DNA of 64,000 nucleotides from Felis catus (Eukaryota): the NCBI RefSeq assembly GCF_018350175.1, contig NC_058383.1, forward strand, positions 11,844,001-11,908,000, given 5' to 3'. Numbering within the stretch: position 1 is the stretch's first letter; the number at the start of each line of letters is the position of its first letter. Below the pieces are notes generated by a model. That model did not search any database. It was not told the origin of the DNA and saw only the letters and a list, made by a program, of their open reading frames with translations. This document shows, one piece after another, positions 49,224 through 61,438 of the stretch. Both the position numbers and the translations under genes were made by a program.

Positions 49224-49969
49224 AGCTGGAGAAAAAAAAATTGTCAAAACTGAGGTCCCATCTCTAGAGGAACACAAAATTAGAGTCTGGGCTATGGAGA
49301 CCGACTTTGGGATTGATACTGTGACCTTAAGCCATTCTGGGCAAGAAGGAAGTTGATGGCCAGTGAACATGCCATCTTGATGACCCTAAATGCATGCCAA
49401 AGCTTCGCATTCCAGAATGTTCCCTGCTCTCTCGCACGGACACTTCATTTCAAAGGAGTAGAACGGGCATTGGAAAACACAAGTCATTATGAAATGGGAG
49501 CACTGGAAGGGGACACACTGGTCCAGGCACTGGGAACTGGGAGGTACTATCTATCCAGGCCAGGTCTCCTGACTCTGACGCAGAGTCTGACCAAACTGTG
49601 GGAGTGGCATGAGGCAGTCTTGAGTGTGTGCAGCCAGGCTCAGCCTCAGAAGAGAAAGAGAAAACATGAGGGATGGGGGTGGGCAGAGAAATAGAAGTCC
49701 CTCCTCCTGCTCAAGAATGGGTGGGGAGAGGGGTGAGACATGGAGGGCCTTTAGACCAGGCGGGAAGGCGGTCTCCGATGGGTAAGGCTTGGACCAGTGT
49801 AGTAGTCAAAGAGTGCCGGCTGTAAAACCAAGCAGGTTGCTCAGCTGACTAGCTGCCCGGTCTACTGTATGGACCTCTTGGAGCCCCTCCCCACCCCCCA
49901 CCTCATCTGTAAAATGGGGAAAAAAATAGTATTTAGCTCCTGGGATTGCAAGGAGGAATAAATTAGATA

Positions 49970-50730
49970 CTCAACAAACTCATTGAATCTGTGTGCCAGG
50001 AAGTACACTGAGCTCAGTGGGGGTGGAGAAGAGGACAGAGGAGACCCTGCCCCCATGGTGTTTCTTTCCCAGGCCAGAAGGAGGCAGCACTACAGAGCTC
50101 ACACGAAGGAACAAACGGACTCCACGGTAAGACGAATGCGGTGATAAAAATGGAAAGAGCCGATGTGGTCAGGACTCCTGACTCAAGGGTGGAAGGAAGA
50201 GGCTGTGTCAGACAGGAGAAGGTCTCTCTGAGAATGTGACAAATGAGCTGTCACCTACGTGAGAAAGAGGAGTCTGCCAGCTGAAGCTCTGAGGCCAGAG
50301 AGTTCCAGGCCAAGGGAACAGCACGTGCCAGGTGCGGGGGGTAGAAAAGAGCTTGGCGTGTTTCCTCCGGGACACGGAAGACGTCCAGGGCGGGGCCCAG
50401 GCACAGGGAGTGAGCAGGAGAAAGGGTCGTGGGGGGGGGGACAGAGAGGCGTGACCTGGTTTACGTTTTTAAAAGACCACTCTAGGGGTGCCTGGGTGGC
50501 TCGGTCGGTTAAGCGTCCGACTTCGGCTCAGGTCATGATCTCGCAGTCCGTGAGTTCGAGCCTCGCGTCGGGCTCTGGGCTGACCACTCGGAGCCCGGAG
50601 CCTGCTTCGGATTCTGTGTCTCCCTCTCTCTCTGCCCCTCCCCTGTTCATGCTCTGTCTCTCTCTGTCTCAAAAATAAATAAACGTTAAAAAAAAATTTT
50701 TTTTTTAAAAGACCACTCTAGGTTGCAGGT
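49970..50730. mobile_element. L2 fragment interrupted by a SINE
   Basis: TCAACAAACTCATTGAATCTGTGTGCCAGG...GTTCCAGGCCAAGGGAACAGCACGTGC...TTTTAAAAGACCACTCT. Confidence 0.7.
50485..50706 (+). mobile_element. Can-SINE with TSD
   Basis: AAAAGACCACTCTA on both sides. Confidence 0.97.
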
Positions 50731-53700
50731 GTGTGCGTGTCCAAAGGCTCGTGGCATATTTCAGTCACACGTTTTTCACGAAGACTCTAGAAGTGTTTGT
50801 AAGGGGCTTACCAGTGTCGGTCACATACCACCTAAGAGGCTTTTTATCAAGTACGGAGTGTGTGTTTAGCTACCGTCTAAAGATAGTGATCCAAAGATAA
50901 TTAAGATTGAGACCCGCCTTTAGCAGTTCGGAGTCTAGCGAGGATGCGCCGACAGGTGATTCTAAAACACGGCGGTAAGCGCTACAAGAGAGGTGTGCGC
51001 AGGGTAACCTTGGGCTTTGCGGGAGCTCGGGGCTGGAGCAGGGTGGGAAGGGGGTGACCAGAAGGAAGAGGGGCAAGGTTGCCCCCTTCGGAAGTCGGAA
51101 GGGAAGCAGCATAATGTGCTCAGGGGGCAGGTGGTGCTAAGGGGGGTTGGGGTCCCGGGCCGGGCTCACCTCGAGGAGCACTTGCGAGCCCAGAAAATGA
51201 GTAGAACTGTATCCTGTTGGTGATGGGGAGTCACTACAGAGATTGTGACCCCTGGGCGCCCTGCCGCCGACTGGCATTTTGGAAGACGCTTCGGGCTGGA
51301 CGGCGATTTGAGGAGAGAACAGAGGCGGAGTGACCCTGGCACGTTAGCACGTCCTTACCAGTGTCCTGATGACGAGAGAGAGGAGGTGAGGGCTGGCCCA
51401 GGCGTGGGAAACAAAGGAGAAGAAGGCCATGGGTTTAACATATATTTTGGAGGAAGAAAATCAGCCCCGCTCGACGCAGAGTAAACAATAACCATGTTTG
51501 AATTAAGTCAGTCGGGTTGGAAGCATGGGGTGACAATCACGTCCCGTCTCGGAGCCAGTGATACGAGAAGTCAGGTGCTAAGCTAACACTCTATAAATGC
51601 CTGCTATGGTCACACTTACCGTCAAAATCAGGGTCACCGACCATCGAGGGAAATCTCTTCAAGGGGGCAAGGAAGACGAGAAAGTAGTCCTGTCCTTGGG
51701 GGCGTCACACACAGGGTGCCCCGTAAACCGTTAGTGGCTGATTCCGGCGTGGTTTGTCAGTTGCCACTCATTGCTAGCAGCGAGCCTGGCTGAACAACAT
51801 CCATGTTCAAAGCAACGGGGGGGTGGGGGGCGGGGGGAGGCCGCGGGGTCCTCGGCAAACGTCCACCACCAATGTCCTCTTATGCGCCCTGCGGGTCGCT
51901 GGTGATGGCCCCAGCCCATCTTCGCCTCCTTCCAAGGACCTTTCTGGTCACGGGTGACCGGGCGTGGAGCAAGTGATCACTGAATGCCTCCCCCACCACC
52001 TTCGCACTTGAGCAAGTTTGCCTCAAACAGACATGTCCCATGAAGCCGACGGCCCGTTCGGCAGCCCCCCCGCCTTTGCTGGCCGTTACCCCCTGTCCCA
52101 CCTGTGTTCAGCTGACTTGAGTGACTCATCCGTGTATCCGAGCGGTTACCTCTGCACCTGCTCTCCCACAACCAACCTAAGCAGGACACGGAACTGAACA
52201 ATCCAGACGGAGAAGTGGCACTCCCCACCCCCTTGGCTGTGCACGCGGAGGGCAGGGGGAGTAGCTCAGGAAGACAGTGACCCATCGCGGACGCCGTGCC
52301 TGGGCTCTGAGTCCCAAGACCTTTGGTGATCAGACAGCTGAAGAGCCCCGTTTTGCTCTGCATTGACATCTAGTCCTCTCCTTGGCTACAACTCCCATCA
52401 GCTCAGGGCTTCAGTCTGACGTACGGATGGTCTCTGTGGGTGTCGAGGAGATGATCCTGACCGCACGCCTCACCTTCCACCTTGACCGTGGCCTTGGCTT
52501 CTCCCTCACCCCGCTGCCGGCGTCTTGCCGGGACGCTCGACACCCCATCTTGGCAATCCCCCAGGGATGGCGGACTGAAGCTGGCTCTGTTTCATTTCAC
52601 CTTCATCTTTTCCCTTTAGTTTCAAAATAAATGATTTTATAACAACAAAAACAAGAAGGCAAAGACCTTATCTCAGAACAAAGAGCAGTGCCTGCGACAG
52701 AAAACATTAAGCAAGGCTTCACCAACAGGTATATCACAGTGGCCATATTTTTCCATTTGCCCCGTAACCAGTGAAAACTCCATCACAGCTGCGGAGTGTT
52801 TCCAATCGCTGTGCGCTCTCTCGCTGAGAGCCCCCTGCACCCCATGGATGGCAGGCAGGGCCGGGTGAGTGGCTCAGCGCAAGCGGGTGTAGACCTCACA
52901 GGATCACAAAGAAGTTTCAGCCTTAGGGGAGAAGTTAGAGCCTTATCTACAGCGCACTGCCATTTTACAGATAGAGACTAAACTCAATGACGTGGAAGTA
53001 AGGCACCCCGGGGTCACCCTCACGCCTCTTAACCCTGACCCTGACGCTTTCAGACATGCAGATGACGCAGCATTTCAAACACTCAGGTTCGGGTGTCCGG
53101 TCTTCGAGGGCACGCTGGCCTCTTAACGTCTGAAAGCCGAGCTCTGATTCTCCATCCTCCGGGGCGCCGACGTCGTATGTGCGTGATGCACTTGGGAATG
53201 GATGGTCTACGCGGCTGTGCACAGTGGCTATGTACCCCTCCCACTGATTGGAGGTTGAAAATTCTACCTTTATACATTCAGTCAAACCAAAACGGATGGA
53301 AGTTACACGTTTATCTCTGCGTCTCCCAAACCCCAGCTAAAGAAAGTCAATAAAGACATATTTTGAAGGTTACAAAACCCCCAGGGCCATCTGGGAGAGG
53401 AGGAAGGAGCAGAGGTCAAAGGATGACAATTTTTTGAAGATGAACATTCCTGGTGGGAATAACAATGGATTTACTAAGGGGGAAAAGCTACATTGTAAGT
53501 GCCTACAAACGGGCTTGCAAACAGGAAACCGGCCAACCCTCACAAAGACACACACCTACACACGCACGACCAGGCATTGGAGGCATCGGGTGGAAAAACG
53601 GGAAGGAGGCCCCAAATATCAACATTTGTTGACAGTAAGGAGCATTTGCTTTCCAGAGATGGGGAAGCACCTAAGCATAAACCACCTTGACTGTGGACTC

Positions 53701-54509
53701 GGGACGGTGACGGTTGGGAGCGTGTGGTACAGCCATTACAATACACGTGACTCTCACTATCCCAAGAAATACAGGATGTGGGGCCCCTGGTCCAGACGGA
53801 ACAAGGCCATCATATGCCCTAAGGTCCGAGCGAAACCTGTTCGTCCATCAGTCAGAAAGATGGACGCAACCAACCCAGGGTCCTCTGTGTGTTAGTTATC
53901 TAGCGCAAGCCCTTCTCTCTGGAGAGAGAGCAAGGGCTACCATGTTGTGCCGTGAATTGACCTCCTCTCCAGTTGGGACCAAAGTCCTTTAAAGCACCCG
54001 CTGGAACCCAGGTTTGCCTCCAGCTCCATAGACACTCTGCTGAGCTCTGTCGTGACCCCTGAGCAACCAACAACCACCTTGCAGTGACCTTCTCCCCCAT
54101 AGTCTCGGAGGGCTTCTCTCAAGCAAGGATGTCAGGAGACTATGGACTTCCGAAAAAACTGGAGCCTGGAGGGAACTGGCCCGGAGAGGCGAATATGATA
54201 CCTCTTTGAGCCTACGCACTGGACGGGGCACAGTATTGGCTTACGTCCTCCCTCCTGGGCTTCTGGGGTCTTTAGACCAAGCCTGACCATACCGAGCAGA
54301 CCAGGGATGCTGAAAGAGAACAACTCAGGGGTATTTTTTCCCAAGAGACTCCTCCCATCCATGGGGTTTTGTTGGCTTGCCTTGGGCTCATATGGGGCAG
54401 ATGGTGGAAATGGAGGCTGGGGAGACCCTTCTCTCTTCCCACTTACTGTCTGACTCTGAGCCAGAGGCTTCCATTCTCAGTGTCCTCACCCATAAAATTG
54501 CATGGAGCA

Positions 54510-54613
54510 GGGCACCTGGGTGGCTCAGAACCCAGCCCCACAAAACGAACCGTGAGATCACGACCTCAGCCGAAGTTGGACGCTTAACCAACCGAGCCAC
54601 CCAGGTGCGCCCC
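54510..54613. mobile_element. Two inverted SINE 5' remnants
   Basis: Plus-strand head 54510-54528 and minus-strand head 54545-54613. Confidence 0.85.
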
Positions 54614-55096
54614 CCCTTTTTTTTACATTTGTTTAAAGTTAAAAAAAAATTTGTTTAAATTTAAAATCGCCTGCTGGGACCAGCTTGTGTGTGTATCTTT
54701 GTGTGGTTGTGTGTGTGTGTATGGTGTTATTTTTTTTTCCAAATTAAAAAAATATGCAAAGAAAGTAAAATGAATTCCTGAATCCCCTGGGTGCAGATCC
54801 CCCAAATATTACATCTAATACAAGCACAGTACAATTATCAAAATTCAGGACGTCCACACGGACACAAAGCTATTTGTGGACCTTATTCACCTTTTTCCCA
54901 AGAGTTCCTTTTCTGGTCCAGAGCTCCACGTAGAGCCACACATTCTATTTAGGTGTCTGTCCCCTTATTCTCATTCCATCATCTAGGCTCTTTTATTATT
55001 GTTATGACTGTTATTATCACTATCATATTCTCCTGAAATCCTCAGGCTTCCTTATCATCAAATAGACTAGATTGTTTAAATTTGTTTTTTCCTTCT

Positions 55097-55300
55097 GGGG
55101 CACGTGGGTGGCTCAGTTGGCCGGGCGTCTGGCGTTGGCTCAGGTCATGATCACAAGGTTCGTAAGTTCGAGCCCCACGTCAGGCTCTATGCTGACAGCT
55201 CGGAGCCTGGAGCCTGCTTCAGATTCTGTGTCTCCCTCTCTCTCTGCCCTTCCCTCGCTTGCACTCTCTTTCAAAAGTAAATAAACATTAAAAATTATTT
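55097..55300 (+). mobile_element. Can-SINE
   Basis: TSD TTTTTCCTTCT. Confidence 0.95.
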
Positions 55301-56305
55301 AAATTTTTCCTTCTAACTTTTCCAGGCTATGAATTGAGTCCTTGTTGCTGTTGGCAGAGGCGGTAATTATGCAGTATTTTGCCTTTGAACCCGGCACGTT
55401 TGTGCGGTACCCTGATCTGAGCTTCTGGGAGGTGAGCTCCTGATCAAGTCTCCCCTGCCTCGTGGAACCTTCGTGTCTAAGTGCTGTAACGTCTTGCGGG
55501 CAATCCCCCAGAGGTGACGGTATGGGAATGAATACCTCCCCTTTGCTGGCTGAACACCAACTGAGCTGATGATCCCTCAACGTCACTAGTTTTTCACCCA
55601 GATGAGTGGGTGCTGGAGAGGAGGTGCACCTTGGGCGGGTAGGATTGGGGAAGGGGAAAATTGCAGCCTGGCTCTGCTCTCCACGGGCACCTCCTGGCTC
55701 CAGGCTGTTATCTGCCCGCAAAGGGTGCCTTGTTCTAATTAGCACAGGGGTTTGAGGGGCCGCTCTGCTCAGACAGGTGCACTCCTCCCAGAGCAAGCCA
55801 GCCACAGACAGGAGTCACAGGGGCAGCGCGCATGATGCGGAGGAAATGCGACACCACCACCGAGAAGGCGTCTCTAAGTGTGGAGGCCGGTGGGGCCACC
55901 TGGAATGCCGTCATCCCACGGGAAGGTGGCGAGCCTGAAACGGATCACATGTGCTTCCCTCAGCCCGGAGGGGTAATGGGCAGACCCAGCCCCCCGCTGA
56001 TGGCTCCTCCCGTAGCGAACACTTCATTTCGTGCCTTTATTTGCTTCATGTTCAGTTTTTACCGTCAAGGCAATAACTCCTCCTTCAAAACTATTTTGAG
56101 AATAAGAAAAGCAAAGGCCAGACCAAAAATAGAGATTTACTGCTGCACCCACCACAGGGAAGCGCCATGAAGATCTGTTTGCGTTTCGTGCTCCGCTTTT
56201 TAAGGGAACGCTTCGACGTAGGGATGGTTTTCGTAACATTGCTAGGATTATACGGTATCTTGATTTTAAACTTCCTATTAGATGTTATTACATCAATCAA
56301 TGTAT

Positions 56306-56430
56306 GGGGCGCCTGGATGGCTCAGTGGGTTGAGCCTCTGACCCTTGATTTGGGCTCAGGACATGGTCCCAAGGTCACAGGATAGAGAGCCCCGCATGGA
56401 GCTCTGTGCTGAGTGTGGAGCCTCCTTGAG

Positions 56431-56476
<46 letters not shown>

Positions 56477-56638
56477 CCTCCCTCCCCTCCTTCTGCCCCT
56501 CTCCCCTGCTCATGCTCTCTCTCAACACTAGCACACTTACCTTGATGAGTACAGAAAAACGTACAGAATTGCTGAATCATTACACTGTATATCTGAAACT
56601 AACGTAACACTGTATGTTAATTATACTTCAATCAAAAA
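56306..56638 (+). mobile_element. Can-SINE (56306-~56525) joined to a carnivore L1 3' terminus (~56533-56638)
   Basis: SINE lacks an A-tail; followed by TGATGAGTAC...GAATTGCTGAATCATTACACTGTATATCTGAAACTAACGTAACACTGTATGTTAATTATACTTCAAT. Confidence 0.85.
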
Positions 56639-57454
56639 GGTCACAATCCCCATGCCAACAAATGCTGTAAATCAGTAAAGGAAGAATTTCAGTCAAGCCA
56701 TCAAACAAACACGTGTATGGTTTAAGACGGCGATAAATGGTAGGGAATAAAAAATGCAAGCTGCTCTGAGAAAGTACGGTAGAGAAGTCCAGGCGAGACG
56801 GGAAGTAGGTCAGGGAAAGCTTTGCTAAGGGCTTCAGCTAAAACTCAGAGGGGAAGGAGTTACGTGCGCTGAGCGGACAGCACGGCGTGGCCCACGGAGA
56901 GGACACGGCACGTGCAAAGGCCCAGAGCACCAGCAGGGGATAGCATGTGGGGACCTGAAAGCAGGACCATTTTGCTCTGAAAGGAGCAAAGACGGGGATG
57001 GACAGATAAATTTGGATGAAATAACTTGAGGGTGTGTAGTTTAATCACACATGCGGTGGGATGCTGGGAAATCATCAGAAGGGCTTAGGCAGGGAGGTAA
57101 CGTCACAGGACGTGTTGTTTCCCTTCCAGGGCGGGGTGGGGGCCAGGTTGGGGGTAATTGGAAATGACTGAAATGGTATGGGGTTTCCATACCAAGCAGT
57201 CCACAAAAGCAACTGCCTATCCAAGTCCCCTGGTTGTTTATTAAAACACATTGCAGAGACGAAGCTATTTTTTTTTTTTTTTTTTTACCAAACCGTGTTA
57301 TGTTCCGGGACGCTCGGGAATACTGTATTTTCTACCCACCTGGGGCAGATTGATTGTTGGAACAGCCCTATTTGTTCACATCTTGCTCGATCCATGCCCG
57401 ATGGTGTCTATGGTGTGCCTCCCACGCTGACTCTGGGCTTGCCCCAGAGGCTTG

Positions 57455-58035
57455 CTCTGTCGGCTTCTTGTTGCGGCGATAACAAATCACCACAAGGTTA
57501 GTGGCATAAAGCGACGTAAATTTATCCTCTTGCAGTTCTGGAGGCCAGAAGTCCAAAACGGGTCTCGGTGGGCTGAAGTCCAACTGTTGGCACAGCTGTC
57601 TTCCTGTCTGGAGTCTCCAGGGGATCATCTGTTTCCTTGACTTTTCCGGGGTCTAGATGCTTGTCTGGATCTCTTGGTTCCCATCCCCTTCCATCCGCAA
57701 AGCCATCAATGGCTGGTCAGGTCTTTCTCGTGATGTCATCCCTCCATTTCTAACTCTCCTGCCTCTCTCTTTCTCATTTAAAGACCTACATGATTACAGG
57801 GGCCCACCCGGATACGCCACGGTCGTCTCCTTACGTTAAAGCCAGCCGATTAACACCCTTAGTTCCCCCTTGCTGTGTAACATTCCTTTTTTTTTTTTAA
57901 CACATTTCAGAAATTAAGATGTGGACACCTTTAGGGGGGCCCATTATTCTGCCTGTCACAGTCTACCCTCCAGCCTCCAAAGAGTCAAATGCCACCTATA
58001 AAATACACGCACCCTTCCCCAAAGCGCTCAACCCA
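57455..58035 (-). mobile_element. MLT1D-like LTR plus adjacent MaLR internal stub
   Basis: ATAACAAATCACCACAA...GTTCTGGAGGCCAGAAGTCCAAAA...CCATTATTCTGCCTGTCACA, then GTCTACCCTC... Confidence 0.85.
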
Positions 58036-58039
58036 TCCG

Positions 58040-58760
58040 GTCGCTTTGGCCCATGAGCCAGTAGCAAATGCAACACAGCGGAGGTACTGAAAAGCATCGG
58101 CACGCCGTAACTGGCTCGCTCTCGTACAGTTCTGAGAAATCTGAGAAGCCAGGAACAAGCCTGGTAGATGACGAGAGATTCATGGCCAAGTCCTTTGTTC
58201 CAGCCCACAGCCGGTCAACCACCGGAGGCAGAATCTGACCAACAGATGTATGAGTCAGCCCAGCGAAATCCAGAGTAAATTGCCAAGTCACAGAACTGCG
58301 AGCGAAGCTTTGGGGTGGTTTGCTATGTACCAACACATAACTGATATATCCACCCCCCCTTCCCCGTCTAGGTGGGCTCATGTGGTTGGTTTTGACCAAG
58401 GGACAATTCTAGGCCTGGCCCCTAAAACCTTCTGCAAGAGCGCCCCCTTGCTCTCGCTTGGCCATAAACCCAGAGAGGAGAGGGCTGTAAGGAGGCTGTA
58501 AGAGACCGTGGGCAATCCAAATGGAAGGGGCATGAGCCAGAGTCGCTATTTAGAAGGTTCCTGTCCAGTGAGCTGCCATCTAGGAATATCCTCACTGGAC
58601 TTTGAGTGAACAAACCGTACTTGGGTGAGCTTTTACATTGAGTCACTGCACTATTGGTGAGCCTTTTGATTTTCTTGTTTTTGATTTGCTTTTGTGTTTG
58701 TCACAGCAACCAGGACTAAGGAACCTAATGTTTAGTATTGCTACCTGATACTTGGTGTTA
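58040..58760 (+). mobile_element. MLT1 LTR fragments (at least two subfamilies)
   Basis: TTTGGGGTGGTTTGCTATG...AACTGATA (LTR end); then TTCTAGGCCTGGCCCCTAAAACCT. Confidence 0.6.
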
Positions 58761-60974
58761 GGTAAACCGTGCATGTCCCGACACATCACACCCATTGACT
58801 GGATGGTGGGCAAGGGCATATGTTGAGAAATGGGTGAACTGGGGACAGAACAGCAACGCACTTTAATGCCTGCTAAGGCCTTTCGTCTTTGTGTTTTAAG
58901 CAATACAAGGCCAATAGCTATTTTTTTTCCAATAGGACAGTGACGAGATGAAAAATGACTGCCAAGTATTTATTTCTCTCTCTTCCCACACTTTGCTACC
59001 TAACATCACACCGTGATCACTGTTGGCGTTTCATAACTGACTGCTTAAAGCGAGGCAGGAAGGAGCCATGTGGAACGGTTTGTCAGAGCCTTCCTAATTC
59101 TGCCGTTCTTAGCGGCTGCGTAATTTTCAATCTTTATCAATTACACGCCTTGCTCTGAGTTATGATGTCAGAAATGCATACCTGGATTTAGTTTACTCTC
59201 GGGAGCTTTGCTCTGCCCCCTTTTAGCCCTCTTTAAAGGATGCACCTGTTCCCTGCTTGTCTTTGGAAGGACTCCCTGAAGTTGCTCCAGACTTTGAAAT
59301 GCATCTCTATTGATTTCTGGAGAATTCAATCGGCAGAGAGCCAGCCTAGACTCGACGTGAAGTGAGCATGTTCTCGTCTCCCTTCTGTAATCAGGGGCAC
59401 ATCATCTTTTAAACATAACTTATTAAAACATAAGGTTTGGAGATGGTCTGTGAAGTGCCAGAAATGTTTGGGTTCTCTTTCCTCTTCCTGATATATCCCC
59501 CCCCCTTCTCTCCCTGGCCCCCACCACCCGCCGGCTAGGTGGGCTCATGGGGTTGGGAATTTCTGTCCCTAATTCCTCCCCTTCAATGAGGAACCGGTTA
59601 TGCTATGCTTCCCTCCATTCCCCATCTCCACTGTCCCCCCACTTCCTTTGCCCTGCCTTCTTCACAATTATTCACCCTTGCTGAAATTGTAAGCTCCAGG
59701 CTGTGGAAAATACATTTAGTACATCGTTTAGTTAAGGAGAAGGTACTCAAGGCAAGCATTTCTATTTTACAGGGTCTGCTCGTGTTGCCTATGACCAAGA
59801 AATTAGTAGATTGACCCCGTGTTAATACTGGCTCTCTCGCATTAATGGTTTATCCGCTTAACTAACCAGTGGTCACCAGCTGCATTAAGGGAGGCTAATG
59901 AATTAAAAATATTATCCGAAAACAAGAATTAACCTTGAGTATAAAAGTATTAGCTAGAGACAATCACTCACTTTCCCAGACTTAGTAAACACTTAGAACG
60001 CATTAACCGTCCCTAAAGGGGTAATTAAAGAACTTCACTCTTCTGTTTCAAACGCCAGGAACAAAGGGTCAGACGCACCGCACCCATCTGGTGGCTGTGG
60101 ATGAACATTAGCCAAATGGTTGACATGAGATGTTGCGCTCACAGAGCCGGATGCTCTCTGATCGGGGGATCTCTAACATCTCCGAGCACACGTTTCCCTA
60201 AAAGACAACTCAGGGACTAACGCCACCTGCCACTGAACTGCCTCTTTCTTGCCTATTTGGGCCAATCCTCTTACATTTCATCTGTACTGTAGCAACAGTA
60301 ATAGTAACAATTTAGGATGCATCTTGCAAAACTGCTTTCCATGCAGGTGATAAATCTGTGCCCCACGATCGGAAGTGTAGGATTATGCAGATTTTATTCC
60401 CCGGTGGTCAGTATTGCGAAGCATCACGCTTGGAACCGCCACACCGAGGAATAAGTGGCATGTAACGAACCGCACGCGTTCAAGGGTACAGCCTGATCAC
60501 GTTTGACACGTGTACGCACCCATGAAACCGTCACCCCAATCGAGACAGTGAACATCTCCATCACCCCTCAGTTGTCCCGTGCCTGTCTGTAATTCCTCCT
60601 TCCCAACGTCCCGACCCTTGCCAGGCAACCACCGCTGTTTCTGCCACTATGGATTCGTCTGAATTTTTCGGAACTTTAAATAAATGAAAGCAAAGAGTAC
60701 CACTCCCTCGGCATGATTCTTTTGAGACCCTTGCATTTGCCAGAGGTATCAATTTCATTCTCTTGAATCGCGAGGCAGTATTCCATTACAAGGATAAACC
60801 ACAGCTTGGTTTATCCATTCATCTGTTGTCCGATGCTTGGAGGGATTCAGGTTTGGGGCTATTGTAAATAACGCCCGTATGAGCACTTGCATACAAATCT
60901 TCCTATGGTCATGTGGTTTTACTTTCCCTGGGGAAATATCCATGGGTCATATGGTGTGTGTACTCTCATTTAAA

Positions 60975-61191
60975 AAAATGTTTTTCTTAATGTTTATTTT
61001 TTTGAGAGAGAGAGAGAGAGAGAGAGAGCACGAGTGGGGAAGGGGCAGAGAGAGAGGGAGACAGAATGTGAAGCAGGCTCCAGGCTCTGAGCTGTCAGCA
61101 CGGATCCCGACGTGGGGCTTGAACTCACAAACTGTGAGATCACGACCTGAGCTGAAGTCGGACACTTAACCGACTGAGCCACCCAGGCGCC
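60975..61191 (-). mobile_element. Can-SINE
   Basis: TSD TGTACTC. Confidence 0.95.
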
Positions 61192-61226
61192 TTGTACTCA
61201 CTTTTTAAAGAAACTGCCATACTGCT

Positions 61227-61438
61227 GGGGCTCCTGGGTGGCTCAGTCAGTTAAGCGTCCGACTCTTGATTTCAGCTCAGGTCGTGATCTCCCGGTTCGT
61301 GAGTTCGAGCCCTACATGGGGCTCTGTGCTGGCAGCTTGGAGCCTGCTTGGGACTTTCTCTCTCCCTCTCTCTCTGCCCCTCTCCTGTTCTCTCTCTCTC
61401 TCTCAAAATAAATAAATAAACTTTGAAAAAAAAAAAAA
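61227..61438 (+). mobile_element. Can-SINE
   Basis: TSD AAGAAACTGCCA. Confidence 0.95.
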
